Virus record (IMG/VR): IMGVR_UViG_3300010429_001251 | Source of the DNA: a virus | Lineage: Duplodnaviria; Heunggongvirae; Uroviricota; Caudoviricetes | Strand: one strand, 5' to 3' | Length of the DNA: 64,000 bases | Shown here: positions 1 to 9,231 of the stretch, in pieces | How the letters are laid out: each line of letters starts with the position of its first letter | How positions within the stretch are numbered: position 1 is the first letter of the stretch | Notes under the pieces: model-generated | Seen by the model: only the letters and a program-made list of their open reading frames with translations | Databases searched by the model: none | What the model was told of the DNA's origin: nothing | Made by a program: the position numbers and the translations under genes

Positions 1-1854
1 AGTTCTTCCGGTACTTTTGGAACATATCAATTGACTCAAGCTAGTGTAGCCTATCATTTAGATAATCTCCCAGGATCAACTGATTTTAAAATAGGCATAA
101 ATGGAGTATTTGAATCTCCAGTAGAAAACAGTAATACAACTTTTACAGGAACTAGAAATTTTCAACTTGGTTATAATTACGGCGCTGGTACTTCTGGTAT
201 GACCGGCTATCAACTAGAGTATATAATCATACCTGCAATAATCTCAGATTCTGATTTACAAACTATATACAATAACCAAAAAGCTAAATTCCAACCTAAC
301 AACTATTGGTTAGAATCTTTCAATTTAGTAGGATTACAACTCGCTTTCAGTTCAGCAAGAAAATTAATAAACTCAGCAGCTCCTGCGGCTCTAAGACAAA
401 GAACAGGAGGCGGAGAGGTTGAAGTTAATTATGGAACAGATGGAATATTAGACCCAGCAATTTTACAATCAAATGCGGCTGGAGCTTCGTCCTATTTAGT
501 TGGTTTATATAACTGTAACGGAGAATTAATAGGTCAAAGCTCTACAGGATCTCAGCCCTTGCTAACAAACGGTTTAGGGGTTCCTTATTACTTTAATAAT
601 AATAGACCTACAGGATATTGGTTAGGAACTAGCAGATATTTATTAACCCCCTCCTCGTATCTAGCTTCTGATTCTAGTTGGACAATGTTTTGTGTCTCAA
701 AACACACTGGTTCTTATTCTGCTCAAGATTATTTTGCAGGACACTCTAATAACACTGTTATAGCAGGTTACATTCAAGCATCTAATACGCTGTATGGTGG
801 TAAAATGGGAGCTTATGTTCAAAGTTCTACAACTTTGGTTAATGGTTATTTTAGGCCGAATTTAGTCGTTATTCAATATGATGGAACAAGTACGAATACA
901 GTTAATTTTGCATTAAATGTTCCTGAATCATTAGAGGCAATTACCCCAGCAACGGCTACAACTGGCCCTGCTCAATTAAGAATAGGGGCAAGATATAACA
1001 ATAATGATTGGATGCAGGGGTATATTACTGAATTTATTTTATTTAACAGAGCCTTAACTTTACAAGAAATACAAAACATAGCACAAAATATGGTAGATTT
1101 TTATGAATGTCGTAATACTAATCCCGCTGTGACTTCTGCTAGAAATATTCCAGCTAATCCAAAATTCTATTTTCACGCTCAAAAAGCTAAAAATGAATCA
1201 CTGCCTGGAAATAATACAGACCCAACAATAAATATTTCTGACATATCTGGTTACAATACCGATGGAATTGCTGTTAATCCTTCTGGATTTAGCATTTCTA
1301 GCGGTTGGGCAGGAGATGGAACGATAGGAGATCCTTGTAGATTTGTTTTTGACGGTTCTGACGATTTTATTGCAATACCAAGCAGCGGTGTGTATAAGCC
1401 AACAGCTGCAATTACTATTTCTTGTTGGATTAAATTCCACGGAACTTCTTTAACTAACAGTAATTATTTTATATCTACCGATCCAACAGGAGGAGGTTTT
1501 GCATTAAGAACTGTAAACGCTAAACTAAGCGCAATGTTAAAATTTGGAGGAACAAGGCGATATATACAAGATACAAACGATATGAATCTAGATACTCTCT
1601 ATCACATAATGTTAGTTTATGATGGAACCAATATGAAATTATATAGAGACAATGTAGAAGTAGCTACGGCAGCCTATGCTCCTAGTATTCAATACGGAAC
1701 GGATAGTTTATTAGTTCTTGGCGGGGGTCTAGATGCAAATAATTCACCTTCCGGATCTAAAAATTGTTCTATTTACGATGCTAGAATTTATGATTATGCT
1801 TTTACAGAACTTCAAAGAGCGCAAGATTTTGCGGCTGGTATAGTATTCCCATAG
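1..1854 (+). CDS. Tail fibre / receptor-binding-like structural protein with two LamG (concanavalin A-like) domains. 5' end is outside the window: frame 1 is open from position 1 and the annotated TTG at 31 is probably internal.
   Basis: Open frame from window start. Two segments end in the LamG-type pattern (YDGT...LY.D...RIY.RALT..EI). The protein is G/S/T/N-rich, typical of fibre proteins. Confidence 0.55.
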   Translation, partial: SSSGTFGTYQLTQASVAYHLDNLPGSTDFKIGINGVFESPVENSNTTFTGTRNFQLGYNYGAGTSGMTGYQLEYIIIPAIISDSDLQTIYNNQKAKFQPNNYWLESFNLVGLQLAFSSARKLINSAAPAALRQRTGGGEVEVNYGTDGILDPAILQSNAAGASSYLVGLYNCNGELIGQSSTGSQPLLTNGLGVPYYFNNNRPTGYWLGTSRYLLTPSSYLASDSSWTMFCVSKHTGSYSAQDYFAGHSNNTVIAGYIQASNTLYGGKMGAYVQSSTTLVNGYFRPNLVVIQYDGTSTNTVNFALNVPESLEAITPATATTGPAQLRIGARYNNNDWMQGYITEFILFNRALTLQEIQNIAQNMVDFYECRNTNPAVTSARNIPANPKFYFHAQKAKNESLPGNNTDPTINISDISGYNTDGIAVNPSGFSISSGWAGDGTIGDPCRFVFDGSDDFIAIPSSGVYKPTAAITISCWIKFHGTSLTNSNYFISTDPTGGGFALRTVNAKLSAMLKFGGTRRYIQDTNDMNLDTLYHIMLVYDGTNMKLYRDNVEVATAAYAPSIQYGTDSLLVLGGGLDANNSPSGSKNCSIYDARIYDYAFTELQRAQDFAAGIVFP

Positions 1855-1866
1855 GAGATTAAAACA

Positions 1867-2292
1867 ATGGAACAAGTTTGGAATATATTTGACAAAGAAG
1901 AAGATTGCAAATTTATTAATGAGAAGTTATGGCAAGATATAGCACGACCGGATTTATGCAACCCTGATGGATTTATAACAACTAAAGCCTTTGATGAAGT
2001 AAAACATCCTTTATTAAATTTATGGGCGGTAGCTTTATTAGAGCATGAAGGAAGATATATAGATAGAATTTATGTTCATTCTCAATTCATTATTGTAAAT
2101 CTTATTAACTGGTATAAAGTAAGAAATCTAGTCACAGAAGAACAAGAATATAACATAATAGAAAATTTGAATAAACACATCGGGAAAGAAATAGAAATTG
2201 ATTTGGTTATTACTCCTCAGATCAAATCAGCTTCTAAAACCAGATCGCAAATGGAGGAGATAGGATTTTTTAGTGAAGTTGGAGACGTGTAA
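1867..2292 (+). CDS. hypothetical protein
   Basis: 141-aa ORF with RBS GGAGAT upstream; no recognisable motif. Confidence 0.5.
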   Translation: MEQVWNIFDKEEDCKFINEKLWQDIARPDLCNPDGFITTKAFDEVKHPLLNLWAVALLEHEGRYIDRIYVHSQFIIVNLINWYKVRNLVTEEQEYNIIENLNKHIGKEIEIDLVITPQIKSASKTRSQMEEIGFFSEVGDV

Positions 2293-2653
2293 AATGATTG
2301 AGAACTTTTTAATCGATCTAATAAAAAACCCAGAATCGCTTGGATTGACAGTAGTTGGTGTTCTTGTTTTTATTATAATTTTTCAACAATTTTGGGTAAG
2401 AATTTTGGCTAAAGTTGACGATAAAATTAAAGAACATAAAGAAGAACAAGATAAAAAATGTGATGATTGCTCAAAATCTATTGATACTCGCTTCACTAAG
2501 ATGGAGGAAAATCAAGATAAAAGTGCGAAACGCATTGAGGATAAAGTTGATAAGGTAGTTGAAAATATGACTACCGGATTTACTGGTATTACAAGTAGGA
2601 TGGATAATTTACTAGAAAAGGTTGTAACTTCATTAGCAGCTTTACATAGGTAG
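2273..2653 (+). CDS. small membrane protein (one TM helix, charged C-terminal tail; holin-like topology)
   Basis: Hydrophobic segment LGLTVVGVLVFIIIFQQFWV followed by a K/E/D-rich tail. It follows the tail-fibre gene. Confidence 0.4.
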   Translation: MKLETCKMIENFLIDLIKNPESLGLTVVGVLVFIIIFQQFWVRILAKVDDKIKEHKEEQDKKCDDCSKSIDTRFTKMEENQDKSAKRIEDKVDKVVENMTTGFTGITSRMDNLLEKVVTSLAALHR

Positions 2654-2661
2654 GTGAAATA

Positions 2662-3159
2662 ATGTATAAGTGTAAACACTTTGATATAAAAGAAATAGTT
2701 AGTAAAATAGTTTATGACTATTACACGCCTAGATACGGTGAAGATTTTATTTGGGGATTTTTTCAAGAACAAGCTCTTAAAGAATTAGATTTTATTCGAG
2801 AAGAGTGGGAAAGATATTTAAGTGGAATAACTAAATATAAATACGTCAGTAAAGCCATAGTAATAAATAATTGGTCTTTTGGAGGAGAGTTTACTCAAAG
2901 GGGTTTAAGATCTAATCTAGACCCTATGGTACGAGAGAAAGACATTCCTTACGTAAGTGCCCATTGTTTAGCGATAGGTTTTGATTTAGAGCCTGTAAAT
3001 AAGTTATATACAGTATTTCATGCCTTTTTATGGGATTTAATGCTTAAGAGAAAATTAAAGTTTTTTAGACGATTAGAGTGCTTAAAAAGTGCTCCTACAT
3101 GGGGGCATATTGATGGTATGAATACACCAGATGGTAAACCTGTAGAATTTACAGCTTAG
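2662..3159 (+). CDS. hypothetical protein
   Basis: 165-aa ORF, tightly packed with its neighbours. Confidence 0.45.
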   Translation: MYKCKHFDIKEIVSKIVYDYYTPRYGEDFIWGFFQEQALKELDFIREEWERYLSGITKYKYVSKAIVINNWSFGGEFTQRGLRSNLDPMVREKDIPYVSAHCLAIGFDLEPVNKLYTVFHAFLWDLMLKRKLKFFRRLECLKSAPTWGHIDGMNTPDGKPVEFTA

Positions 3160-3168
3160 GAGGCGTGT

Positions 3169-3687
3169 ATGCTAATAGATACTTCAAAATTAGATCCAAA
3201 ATTAACTTATCATTGTAATGAGATAGGTACATCAGATATAGCAAAAGTTCTTCAAGATTTACAACATAGAAACTATCCTGAATTAGATAAAAGTAAAATA
3301 GCATCTCATTCTTTCTTCATATTGAATAGAGGAACAGGGTGGAATGTTTGGGAAAACCATTTACAGTGGAAGGGTATAAGAGAATATTGTATAGAAGATT
3401 ATGAAAGATATAACCTTAATGCGAGTAGAAAAAGAATTGAAATTCACCAATTCGATTTTAACATTGATGCTGCTGATTATTGGAGAGATAATAATCCTGG
3501 GTATTCAGTTCTGGATCTAGGAAAAATAGCAGCTAAAAGGCTTACTGGTATAAAATTAATAAATACTCCTGGTATGGTCTGCTCCGAATCTCTGGCAAAC
3601 TGTGGTTTTAAAATTTGTAATAAGTTAAAATTAAAAGCAGAGTATGTAGCCCCCGTAGATTGGCAAATATTTTTTGACTGTATTTAG
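3169..3687 (+). CDS. hypothetical protein
   Basis: 172-aa ORF with RBS GGAGG at 3157. Confidence 0.45.
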   Translation: MLIDTSKLDPKLTYHCNEIGTSDIAKVLQDLQHRNYPELDKSKIASHSFFILNRGTGWNVWENHLQWKGIREYCIEDYERYNLNASRKRIEIHQFDFNIDAADYWRDNNPGYSVLDLGKIAAKRLTGIKLINTPGMVCSESLANCGFKICNKLKLKAEYVAPVDWQIFFDCI

Positions 3688-3708
3688 AGAAAGCCGAGGT
3701 TAGAGGAC

Positions 3709-4443
3709 ATGTCAAAGAAAAATAAACCGACAATTATAAAAATTGTCCAAATTAATGACGCTCATGTCCCTTTTCATGATGAGAAAACCTTCTCAGTGAT
3801 TTACAAATTTTTAGAGTATTTTAAGCCACATCAATTAGTAATTCCTGGAGATTTTGTAGACTTTTATGAGCTATCTTGTTTTGATAAAAATCCTAAAAGG
3901 AAACTCTCATTACAAGATGAAATAGACAAAAGTTATCAAATATTGAAAACTCTAAAAGAATTAGTTAATGAGATTCACTTTATTCAGGGAAATCATGAAG
4001 AGCGTCTTAGAAAATTTTTATGGAAAAATCCTGAACTTAGTAGTTTAAAGTGTTTAGAAATTGATAAACTGCTTAATTTAGATTTATTAAAAATTAATTT
4101 TTATGAGCATGAGTATGTTTATAAATCATTAAGTTTTACTCACGGAGAAGTAGCTCGAAAATATAGTTCATACACAGCACGAGCTGAGCATGATAATTAT
4201 GGATCGAATAGAAGTATAGGACATACTCATCGTTTAGGCAGCTACTTTAAAACAGATAAAAGAGGTACAACATCTTGTTATGAAGGCGGTTGTACTTGTA
4301 TTTTAAATCCTGAATACATAAGCGGTACACCTAATTGGCAACAAGCTATAACAATATTTTATTTTAGGGATAATATGTTCTTTGCTCAGCAAATACCAAT
4401 CCATAACAATCAATTTATATTTAATGGACGGATGTTCAAGTAA
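3709..4443 (+). CDS. calcineurin-like metallophosphoesterase
   Basis: Motifs D-x-H (NDAHVP), GDxxD (IPGDFVDF), GNHE (QGNHEERL) and a later His (GHTH). Confidence 0.65.
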   Translation: MSKKNKPTIIKIVQINDAHVPFHDEKTFSVIYKFLEYFKPHQLVIPGDFVDFYELSCFDKNPKRKLSLQDEIDKSYQILKTLKELVNEIHFIQGNHEERLRKFLWKNPELSSLKCLEIDKLLNLDLLKINFYEHEYVYKSLSFTHGEVARKYSSYTARAEHDNYGSNRSIGHTHRLGSYFKTDKRGTTSCYEGGCTCILNPEYISGTPNWQQAITIFYFRDNMFFAQQIPIHNNQFIFNGRMFK

Positions 4444-4541
4444 ACCACCAGAACCTTTTAGACCCTTACTTTCATTGAGCAGTGGGGGTTTTTTATTTAC
4501 TTTTACTGTTTTATATTGTATTATAAGTATAAACGTTATGG

Positions 4542-6221
4542 GTGAGTTGGATGATTAAGATTCGTGTCTTAAAAGATAAGTTACAAATATCTTTTAAATT
4601 TGATCTACAAATATTAGCGATAATAAAAGAGTTTCCCAATAGGTTCTTTAATACAGTAACCCAAGATTGGGAACTTCCTCTTGTATGTTATTATAAAATC
4701 ATTCAAAAATTTGAAGATCAAAACTATAAATATATAGTGTATGGAGAACCTCCGACACAGGAAAATCAAGCGGCTTTTAATTATAGTTCAATTTTGAATT
4801 CTAATTTATTTTTACATCAACTTAATTTCTTAAATTGGGGTGATGGTAGAAACCTAATATTTTTAGGGGATGAGCAGGGATTAGGAAAAACTTTAAGTTC
4901 TTTAGCTTTTGCAGCTAAAAGAGAAAAGGAAAGAGGTTACTCTCACTGTCTTATAGTTGTTGGGGTTAATGGCTTAAAATATAACTGGCAAGAAGAAATT
5001 AAAACTCATATTAAAAATCTTGATTGCATTATTTTAGGAGAGCGAGAGATAACAAGAGGGCCTAATAAAGGTCAAATGAGGAATGGATCTGTTGAAGAAC
5101 GTTTTGAAGATTTAGAAAGAATACCTGATGAGTTTTATTGGATAATAAATATAGAAACTTTTAGGGATAAAGAATTTGCAAAATTAGTGGAAAATTATTG
5201 TAAAAGAGATATAATTTCTATCGTCATTGCTGATGAATTGCATAGATGTAAATCGCCAACCGCAGCCCAGTCCAAAGGATTTTTAAGAACGATGCCTTGT
5301 AAGTGTAAAATAGCATTAACAGGAACTCCGTTATTAAATTCTCCTTTGGACATTTTTATTATAATAAAATGGCTCGAAGAAGAAAAAAACATTTGGACAC
5401 GATTTAAAGATCATCATGTTATTTATGATAAGTTTGGACAAGTTATTGTCGGCTATAGGTATATGAATGAAATTAAGGAAAAATTAGATCGAGTAATGCT
5501 TAGACGTAAAAAAGAAGAAGTGCTCAATTTACCTCCTAAAATTAACTCTAACGAATATATAGAAATGACGCCTAGACAAGCTATGATTTATAAAGAGATA
5601 ATAACAGATCTTAGACAAAATATAGATAAAATAATACTAAATCCTCATCCTTTATCTCAATTAACTAGATTAAGACAGTGTACAGGGCATACCGGATTAT
5701 TAAGCTCTACAATTCACGAATCCGCTAAATTTATTAGACTTCACGAAATGGTGGAAGAAATTGTAGATAGTGGAGGTAAGGTTATAATCTATGATTGGTA
5801 TAAAGAAATTATTGACTTATTGATGCCGGAATTAGCAAAGTATAATGCTTTATCTATTACAGGGGATACTAAAACAAATGAAAGGCAGCATTTTAAGAAT
5901 TTATTTCAAGATGACGATAAGTATAAAATAATGTGCGGAACCATTAAAGCTTTAGGAACTGGCTACACACTCACTAGAGCTCAAGATGTTATATTTTTAA
6001 GTGATCCTTGGAATAGAGCTACGAAAGAGCAAGCGGAGGATAGATGCCACCGTATCGGTACAAAGGGAACTGTTAATATCAGAACATTTTTATGTATAGG
6101 TACTGCTGACATAAAAATAAATGATCTAGTTTATAAGAAAGGTGATTTGTCAGATATGTTAGTTGACGGAATGATAAAACCTGGATTTGAAAGAATGATG
6201 ATACAATATATTTTAAGTTAG
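4542..6221 (+). CDS. SNF2-family (Swi2/Snf2) DNA helicase/ATPase
   Basis: Motif I LGDEQGLGKT, motif II DELHRCKS, motif III LTGTPLLNSPLD, helicase-C motif VI (QAEDRCHRIGTKG). Confidence 0.8.
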   Translation: MSWMIKIRVLKDKLQISFKFDLQILAIIKEFPNRFFNTVTQDWELPLVCYYKIIQKFEDQNYKYIVYGEPPTQENQAAFNYSSILNSNLFLHQLNFLNWGDGRNLIFLGDEQGLGKTLSSLAFAAKREKERGYSHCLIVVGVNGLKYNWQEEIKTHIKNLDCIILGEREITRGPNKGQMRNGSVEERFEDLERIPDEFYWIINIETFRDKEFAKLVENYCKRDIISIVIADELHRCKSPTAAQSKGFLRTMPCKCKIALTGTPLLNSPLDIFIIIKWLEEEKNIWTRFKDHHVIYDKFGQVIVGYRYMNEIKEKLDRVMLRRKKEEVLNLPPKINSNEYIEMTPRQAMIYKEIITDLRQNIDKIILNPHPLSQLTRLRQCTGHTGLLSSTIHESAKFIRLHEMVEEIVDSGGKVIIYDWYKEIIDLLMPELAKYNALSITGDTKTNERQHFKNLFQDDDKYKIMCGTIKALGTGYTLTRAQDVIFLSDPWNRATKEQAEDRCHRIGTKGTVNIRTFLCIGTADIKINDLVYKKGDLSDMLVDGMIKPGFERMMIQYILS

Positions 6222-6229
6222 GAGTTAAA

Positions 6230-6598
6230 ATGTTTTATTTAACAAAAGATATAAAAAGAATAAACCCTTATCGAGATGACTATAAACAGTTTGAAGATTA
6301 TGATGAAACTAAGTTTTATGCTATTTTTTGTATCTGCACAGCCACTTATTTTGTTTTAGATATAAGGGGCGATTATTATGATTTTAGAGAATTGGATCAG
6401 AGATGTCATTGGTGGTTTTATCACTCAGAATATAGACATAAAACAGCTAAAGATGCTTTGATACACATTTTAACCCACGCAAGCCAACAAAGTTTAATGG
6501 AGTTTGATAATAAAGAAGAATTTATAGAATATATTAAAGAACAAGATAAAAGATATGATTACGAAAAAAATTATAGTGAATGTTTAAATTACTTATAG
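6230..6598 (+). CDS. hypothetical protein
   Basis: 122-aa ORF with RBS AGGAG upstream. Confidence 0.45.
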   Translation: MFYLTKDIKRINPYRDDYKQFEDYDETKFYAIFCICTATYFVLDIRGDYYDFRELDQRCHWWFYHSEYRHKTAKDALIHILTHASQQSLMEFDNKEEFIEYIKEQDKRYDYEKNYSECLNYL

Positions 6599-6612
6599 GA
6601 AAGGAGAACAAA

Positions 6613-7131
6613 ATGGGATTTAATGAAAATTTAAGCGGGGCGGTTACTGGAAGGTTTCAACACATTGAACCTAACATAACCTCTGAACCCAGTTCAGAAG
6701 AAGGTACAGTAGAACAGACATCTACTTTAGATTTCTATGTTCAGTCTTTTTATGACGTAGATAAAAATGCGAAATATTTTGAAAAACAAGCCTCCACCCT
6801 AAAAACAAAGATAAAACAATTAATGGAAAAAGAGGGGCTTAAAGAGTATACAGTTAACGGAATAAAAGTAACGTACTCTGAGGTAATTACACCGGGATAT
6901 GATTCTGAAAAGTTAATGACTATTTTAAAAGAGTCTTCACCAGAAGATTTACAGCAATTAGTTATCAAGACAACCGAATATGTAGATTTGACTGTTTTAG
7001 CTGAAGATATTTTATACCATAAAAAAATGGAGGCGGCTGTTTTAAAACCTGCTATGATTGAAAATAAGGTTAATAAGTTGTTAATTAAGAAATTAAAAGG
7101 AGGATCCAGTGCAGCAAGCAATAATAGTTGA
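6613..7131 (+). CDS. hypothetical protein (start moved to the ATG at 6613, behind an AAGGAG RBS)
   Basis: ORF 6580..7131. An internal ATG preceded by AGGAAAGGAG is the likelier start. Confidence 0.45.
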   Translation: MGFNENLSGAVTGRFQHIEPNITSEPSSEEGTVEQTSTLDFYVQSFYDVDKNAKYFEKQASTLKTKIKQLMEKEGLKEYTVNGIKVTYSEVITPGYDSEKLMTILKESSPEDLQQLVIKTTEYVDLTVLAEDILYHKKMEAAVLKPAMIENKVNKLLIKKLKGGSSAASNNS

Positions 7132-7567
7132 TTTGGATAACACGCTGTTTGATTCTAGGGTTTTAAATCAGTACCTTCCTGAGGATAAAAATTCTAGAGA
7201 AGGGTGGGATGAATTTCACAAACAGTATTGGAGATGTAAGCCTATTAGCTATATGTGTCAATTTTTATATGGTGCTAAGTATAATTATAAGATTATTTTT
7301 GTTACATCTAGAGAAGAAACAAAAGAAACTAGGAAAGTTACTGAGCTTGAGTTGAAAAAATGTAACATAAAAGATTTTATTTTATTGATGCGTCCTTATG
7401 AAAATTATGATTCTTCAGACGTGGTTAAACAAATGCTTTATGAGCAACACATTAAAAATAAATTTAATGTTCTTGTAGCCATGGATGATGATGAAAATGT
7501 TTTAAAAATGTGGCGCAAAAATGGTATAAATACATTAAAGTGTGAGTTTGGAGAATGTATAAAGTAA
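7109..7567 (+). CDS. HAD-superfamily phosphatase-like protein (e.g. a nucleotidase or polynucleotide 3'-phosphatase type)
   Basis: N-terminal DxDxT motif (IIVDLDNTLFD) and a late acidic motif (VAMDDDENV). Confidence 0.45.
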   Translation: MQQAIIVDLDNTLFDSRVLNQYLPEDKNSREGWDEFHKQYWRCKPISYMCQFLYGAKYNYKIIFVTSREETKETRKVTELELKKCNIKDFILLMRPYENYDSSDVVKQMLYEQHIKNKFNVLVAMDDDENVLKMWRKNGINTLKCEFGECIK

Positions 7568-7791
7568 CTTGTAACCAAGATGGATTAACTTTTAGTAAAC
7601 AAACAAATCCGCAAGAATTAAGATCCTTTTGTAAAACTATAGGAAAATGTGAGAGGAACCTTAGATGTTTTTGCGTAAAACAACTTCAAGAAACCAATGA
7701 AGTTCATTGTAGTATGCTTTATTATTTTATAGAAGCTTATGATAAAGAGATGAAAAAATTACAACAAAAGAAAGGTAATAAAAATGGATAA
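7555..7791 (+). CDS. hypothetical protein
   Basis: 78-aa ORF overlapping the upstream stop. Confidence 0.35.
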   Translation: MYKVTCNQDGLTFSKQTNPQELRSFCKTIGKCERNLRCFCVKQLQETNEVHCSMLYYFIEAYDKEMKKLQQKKGNKNG

Positions 7792-8029
7792 AACAGAAAT
7801 TAATTTTGAAACAGGTGTGTCTTTTGAACTCGGCGGGGTTTGGTATAAATTATCTGGAGGGTTTAAAAAAGAGGTCCAATCTGATATACTGGATAGTGAG
7901 TTCAACAAAATGAGAGATTTTGTTAATACTAAAATAAATGAAGAACAAGAAGCGATTTATAAAGGATACCAAGAATCTTTAAAACCAAAAAATCCACCTG
8001 TTCAACCTAACCAACAAATAAACTACTAA
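7784..8029 (+). CDS. hypothetical protein
   Basis: 81-aa ORF with a 4-nt overlap, suggesting translational coupling. Confidence 0.4.
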   Translation: MDKTEINFETGVSFELGGVWYKLSGGFKKEVQSDILDSEFNKMRDFVNTKINEEQEAIYKGYQESLKPKNPPVQPNQQINY

Positions 8030-8046
8030 TCCCTCCTCCCAAACGT

Positions 8047-8070
8047 AGCTCTTAATTGAGCTTTTTTCTT
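8047..8070 (+). terminator. Rho-independent terminator (AGCTC-ttaatt-GAGCT followed by TTTTTTCTT)
   Basis: 5-bp GC-containing stem and a T-tract directly after the stop codon at 8029. Confidence 0.55.
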
Positions 8071-8183
8071 GTTTAAATCGTTTTTAACGGGGTTAAAAAT
8101 TTCAATATATACTTTGATACCTAAATAACTTTTTAAACCCCTTAACGATTAACAGCAACTTATCAGGTTTAACATTTTAATTG

Positions 8184-8212
8184 TTTACACGTTTAAATTT
8201 ATATAATATACT
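8184..8212 (+). promoter_or_regulatory. Putative sigma-A-type promoter TTTACA-N17-TATACT upstream of the replication initiator gene
   Basis: Good -35/-10 match with 17-nt spacing in a 330-nt intergenic region. Confidence 0.4.
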
Positions 8213-8272
8213 GAACAAGTGAGGTTTTAAAAAATACATACAGCTAAAAGAAGAATTATTCTACAAAATCTT

Positions 8273-8331
8273 CCTCTTTAGACGTTAGCTGTTATGTTAA
8301 CCTCACAATCTAAAGAGGATTTCCTTTTTTG
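8273..8331 (+). promoter_or_regulatory. Leader hairpin (10-bp stem CCTCTTTAGA/TCTAAAGAGG, 26-nt loop) followed by a T-tract; possible attenuator or RNA structure in the 5' leader of the initiator gene
   Basis: Perfect 10-bp inverted repeat followed by ATTTCCTTTTTTG, 30 nt before the ATG at 8363. Confidence 0.35.
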
Positions 8332-8362
8332 TTTGTATGGTTAAGTGTTCTGGGAGTTATAA

Positions 8363-9229
8363 ATGGATCAACCGAATTATTATGCGATTATACCTGCCTC
8401 TGTCAGATATGATAAAAATCTAACAGAAGGAGCTAAATTATTATACGGAGAAATAACAGCCCTAGCTAATCAACAGGGATTTTGTTTTGCTTCTAATAGA
8501 TATCTTTCTAAAATATATGATGTTAGTAAAGATACTATAACAAGATGGATAGGACAGCTTGAGAAACAAAACTATATTATTTCAGAGATAGTAAGGGATC
8601 CCGAAACTAAAGAAGTTATTCAACGTAAAATATTTTTAGCAGAAACGATACCTACCTGCAAAAATACGGATACCCCTACCGGTAAAAATACGGATACCCC
8701 TACCTGCAAAAATACGGAGTATAATAATACAAGTGTTAATACTACAAGTGGGAATAGCGACCCCCCAAAAAAACTACATAGATTTGATAGTGAGAGAAAA
8801 AATTTAGAAAATGTTATTTTAGATTTAGGTAAATTAAAACCAATTAAACCAGATTTACAGAAAATGGTTCTCAAATATACCCCAGATAATAATTTAGCAG
8901 AATGGATATTGGAATTTTTAGAGCATTATAAACAGTTAAATAAGGGTTATCCGTCTCCTATAAGTTTTAATTCAATGTTAGAAAAATTAACAGCTATGTC
9001 TGCTCACTATAAAAAACCAGCAATTGATATAGTTAAGGGAACTATAGAACGAAATTGGAAAAGTTTTTTCGTAGATGAGGAGTTTGTTAAGGGAGGTCAA
9101 AATAGACCGTTAGACCCGTCAGATAGGGGCTTAGACAAAGATAAAGTATTACATCACGCAAAATTAAGAGAAAATAAAGACGAGTGGGATGCTTATTTAA
9201 AGGCTAATACGGTTAGCGAGGAATTTTAG
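8363..9229 (+). CDS. Replication initiator / replisome organiser (DnaD-like N-terminal HTH) containing an internal iteron array
   Basis: N-terminus AIIPASVRYDKNLTEGAKLLYGEITALAN resembles phage replisome-organiser/DnaD-like winged-HTH domains. The gene carries three tandem 24-nt repeats and is followed by a helicase-loader gene. Confidence 0.55.
   Translation: MDQPNYYAIIPASVRYDKNLTEGAKLLYGEITALANQQGFCFASNRYLSKIYDVSKDTITRWIGQLEKQNYIISEIVRDPETKEVIQRKIFLAETIPTCKNTDTPTGKNTDTPTCKNTEYNNTSVNTTSGNSDPPKKLHRFDSERKNLENVILDLGKLKPIKPDLQKMVLKYTPDNNLAEWILEFLEHYKQLNKGYPSPISFNSMLEKLTAMSAHYKKPAIDIVKGTIERNWKSFFVDEEFVKGGQNRPLDPSDRGLDKDKVLHHAKLRENKDEWDAYLKANTVSEEF
8645..8718 (+). repeat. Iteron-like tandem direct repeats (3.3 copies of the 24-nt unit CCTACCTGCAAAAATACGGATACC); candidate origin of replication
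   Basis: Near-perfect 24-nt tandem repeats inside the initiator gene, encoding the CKNTDTPTGKNTDTPTCKNT peptide repeat. Confidence 0.6.
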
Positions 9230-9231
9230 TA

